Below are positions 62,308 to 64,000 of a DNA stretch of 64,000 nucleotides, piece by piece. A program made the translations under genes and the position numbers. Within the stretch, counting starts at the first letter, position 1, and each line of letters begins with the position of its first letter. The notes under the pieces were generated by a model, which was given only the letters and a program-made list of their open reading frames with translations, searched no databases and had not been told where the DNA came from. The stretch comes from an uncultured cyanobacterium (GTDB lineage Bacteria; Cyanobacteriota; Cyanobacteriia; Cyanobacteriales; CAWUOF01), in assembly GCA_963744145.1 (NCBI GenBank), contig CAVUSO010000001.1, positions 160,001 through 224,000 on the forward strand. The letters are read 5' to 3'.

Positions 62308-62865
62308 ATGTCTAAATCTGAACAATTTAATTTGGAAGGTCGTTTTCTGGAATTTGTCCTTGAATCTGGCTATAAAATTAAGTATTTACGAATTAATACT
62401 GCGACTGAAGAGTTGTGTATTAAAATTGGGAAGGAATGTTGGGGAAATATGCCTCGTCCTTTAACACCAGGAGATTGGTTGCAAATTGCTGGTGAGAAAA
62501 AAGTCGATCGGGAAAAGGAGAGAATTAAGTATAAAGCATACCAAATTATCCGCTCTGTTCCCAGTTCTCCTCAGACGATCGAGATTAAACCAGAAAATTG
62601 TGCCAGAAAATTATCTGTGTTAATTTGTGAGAAGTCAGATTGCTGGAAACGAGGTAGTGGAGCAGTTAGTGACGCTTTAGTGAAAAATTTACGCGATCGC
62701 GGTTTAGATGAGCAAGTGACCATTAAAAAAGTTGGTTGTCTCAAACAATGTAAAACTGGACCAAATCTAGTGGTCATGCCCAGTAAAGCGCGTTACAGTC
62801 AAATTAAACCTAGTGAAGTAAATGATATTATTGACAAGCATTTGGTCACTACCAGACTATCTTAA
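62308..62865 (+). CDS. Thioredoxin-like (2Fe-2S) ferredoxin domain protein
   Basis: ICEKSDCWKRG ... GCLKQCKTGPNLVVMP motifs; N-terminal beta-rich domain. Confidence 0.8.
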   Translation: MSKSEQFNLEGRFLEFVLESGYKIKYLRINTATEELCIKIGKECWGNMPRPLTPGDWLQIAGEKKVDREKERIKYKAYQIIRSVPSSPQTIEIKPENCARKLSVLICEKSDCWKRGSGAVSDALVKNLRDRGLDEQVTIKKVGCLKQCKTGPNLVVMPSKARYSQIKPSEVNDIIDKHLVTTRLS

Positions 62866-62879
62866 ATTTAACCCATTCC

Positions 62880-62908
62880 TGCGGGTAGTTTTACCCGCAT
62901 TTTTTTTT
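62880..62908 (+). terminator. Rho-independent terminator
   Basis: TGCGGGTA-GTTT-TACCCGCA followed by a T-run. Confidence 0.75.
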
Positions 62909-63296
62909 AGATCACAGCAATACACTCAATTTCGACTAAGACATCTTTAGGTAAACGAGAGACCTCAACTGTAGCGCGAGCTGGAGCAGTATCAGCATCA
63001 AAAGATTGAGCATAAACTGCATTCATCGCAGCAAAATTATTCATATTAGAGAGAAAAACAGTAGTTTTTACCACATTAGCAAAAGTCGCACCACCTGCTT
63101 GGAGAATAGCAGCTAGATTTGCCATTACTTGTTTGGTCTGTTGAGTAATATCCTGGGGAGCGACAATTTCATTACTACTTGGATCAAGGGGAATTTGACC
63201 CGACACAAAAATCATTGTCCCGGTAGTAGCGATCGCTTGACTATAGGGTCCAACTGGTGCTGGTGCTTGTTCGGTATGAATTACGGTTCTGGTCAT
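62907..63296 (-). CDS. ridA: RidA/YjgF family enamine deaminase
   Basis: APAPVGPYSQA, SGQIPL, VVKTTVFL and PARATVEVSRLPKDVLVEIECIA motifs. Confidence 0.9.
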   Translation of the reverse strand: MTRTVIHTEQAPAPVGPYSQAIATTGTMIFVSGQIPLDPSSNEIVAPQDITQQTKQVMANLAAILQAGGATFANVVKTTVFLSNMNNFAAMNAVYAQSFDADTAPARATVEVSRLPKDVLVEIECIAVI

Positions 63297-63343
63297 TTTA
63301 GTGAAACCTGGTTTGGGAACGATCTGATCATAGAAAACATCGA

Positions 63344-63775
63344 TTAAAACAAACGGGGTCGGCTCCCATAATGACGATAATGCCAGTAATCCCGTATAAT
63401 CTGATCATGGTCAAAGCATAAATTTCCTGGGATCTGCCAAGGCTCAAAAATCTCTAATCCTTTAGCATCATCATCTGCATGGGGGTTTCCCTGGGCTGTA
63501 GCAATAAACACAATACTAATAGTATGTTGACGCTGATCGCGATTTGGATCAGAATAAACATGAAATTGCTCAATTAGCGTTACTTCCACCCCAGTTTCTT
63601 CCAGAGCTTCACGTTTTGCTGCTGCTTCCACCGATTCTCCATAATCAACAAAACCACCAGGAATTGCCCAACCTAATGGTTCGTGACGACGCTCGATCAG
63701 GATAATTGGTCGATGAGGTCGATCAATCATTTCAATGATAATATCAACAGTAGGAGCAGGATTACGGTAGGTCAT
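63344..63775 (-). CDS. NUDIX hydrolase
   Basis: [24 protein letters not shown]udix box. Confidence 0.92.
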   Translation of the reverse strand: MTYRNPAPTVDIIIEMIDRPHRPIILIERRHEPLGWAIPGGFVDYGESVEAAAKREALEETGVEVTLIEQFHVYSDPNRDQRQHTISIVFIATAQGNPHADDDAKGLEIFEPWQIPGNLCFDHDQIIRDYWHYRHYGSRPRLF

Positions 63776-63886
63776 ATTGATCGGAGATATTCAGATAGCA
63801 ACGCTGATATTTTGACAGAATTTAAGTAAAATTTTTCAAATTAATTTCAGCAGGAATAGCTAAAATTAGGTTTAGGAGGTATGGTG

Positions 63887-64000
63887 ATGGGGTTCAAAAA
63901 AATTTTAGTCGCGATCGACAGATCTCAACTAGCACCGATCGTATTTGAACAAGCAATAGAGCAATGTCGAAAAGCCGGATCAAAGTTAATGGTGTTTCAC
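63887..64000 (+). CDS. Universal stress protein (partial, runs off the window)
   Basis: AGGAGG RBS, then MGFKKILVAIDRSQLAPIVFEQAI...LMVFH. Confidence 0.8.
   Translation, partial: MGFKKILVAIDRSQLAPIVFEQAIEQCRKAGSKLMVFH

Noticed and set aside
1-64000. tRNA or rRNA genes
   Set aside because: No cloverleaf/T-loop or rRNA-like segment recognised in the intergenic regions; the TTCGA-containing motifs belong to repeats

Overview
AT-rich cyanobacterial chromosome window: HIP1 octamers (GCGATCGC) are very frequent, and petB/petD, ctpA and psbP are present. Housekeeping genes (rimM, avtA, ilvB, psbP, petBD, ctpA, dps, ridA) alternate with dense signalling clusters and two accessory regions. (1) 6.3-17.2 kb: five paralogues share one CBS-like N-terminal domain fused to different outputs (2 GGDEF, 1 intact kinase, 1 kinase with a degenerate G2 box, 1 internally deleted kinase); they surround a PAS/DXCF-cyanobacteriochrome kinase. 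(2) 19.5-23.0 kb: a repeated scaffold (promoter, REP/MITE units, HIP1 junctions) with different cargo between the copies (kinase fragment, PIN toxin-antitoxin remnant, papain-fold toxin plus partner). It includes one filled and one empty 28-bp HIP1-centred site. (3) 42-50 kb: a decayed DISARM-like helicase/methylase locus with a PARIS-like ATPase-TOPRIM pair nested in it. The TOPRIM gene is split by an IS605 (tnpA/tnpB) whose precise excision would restore the reading frame. (4) 56-61 kb: an SDR-GMC oxidoreductase-Cys-tailed aquaporin-exported VOC operon next to dps. No rRNA, tRNA or CRISPR array was recognised. All family calls come from reading motifs by eye, not from database searches.
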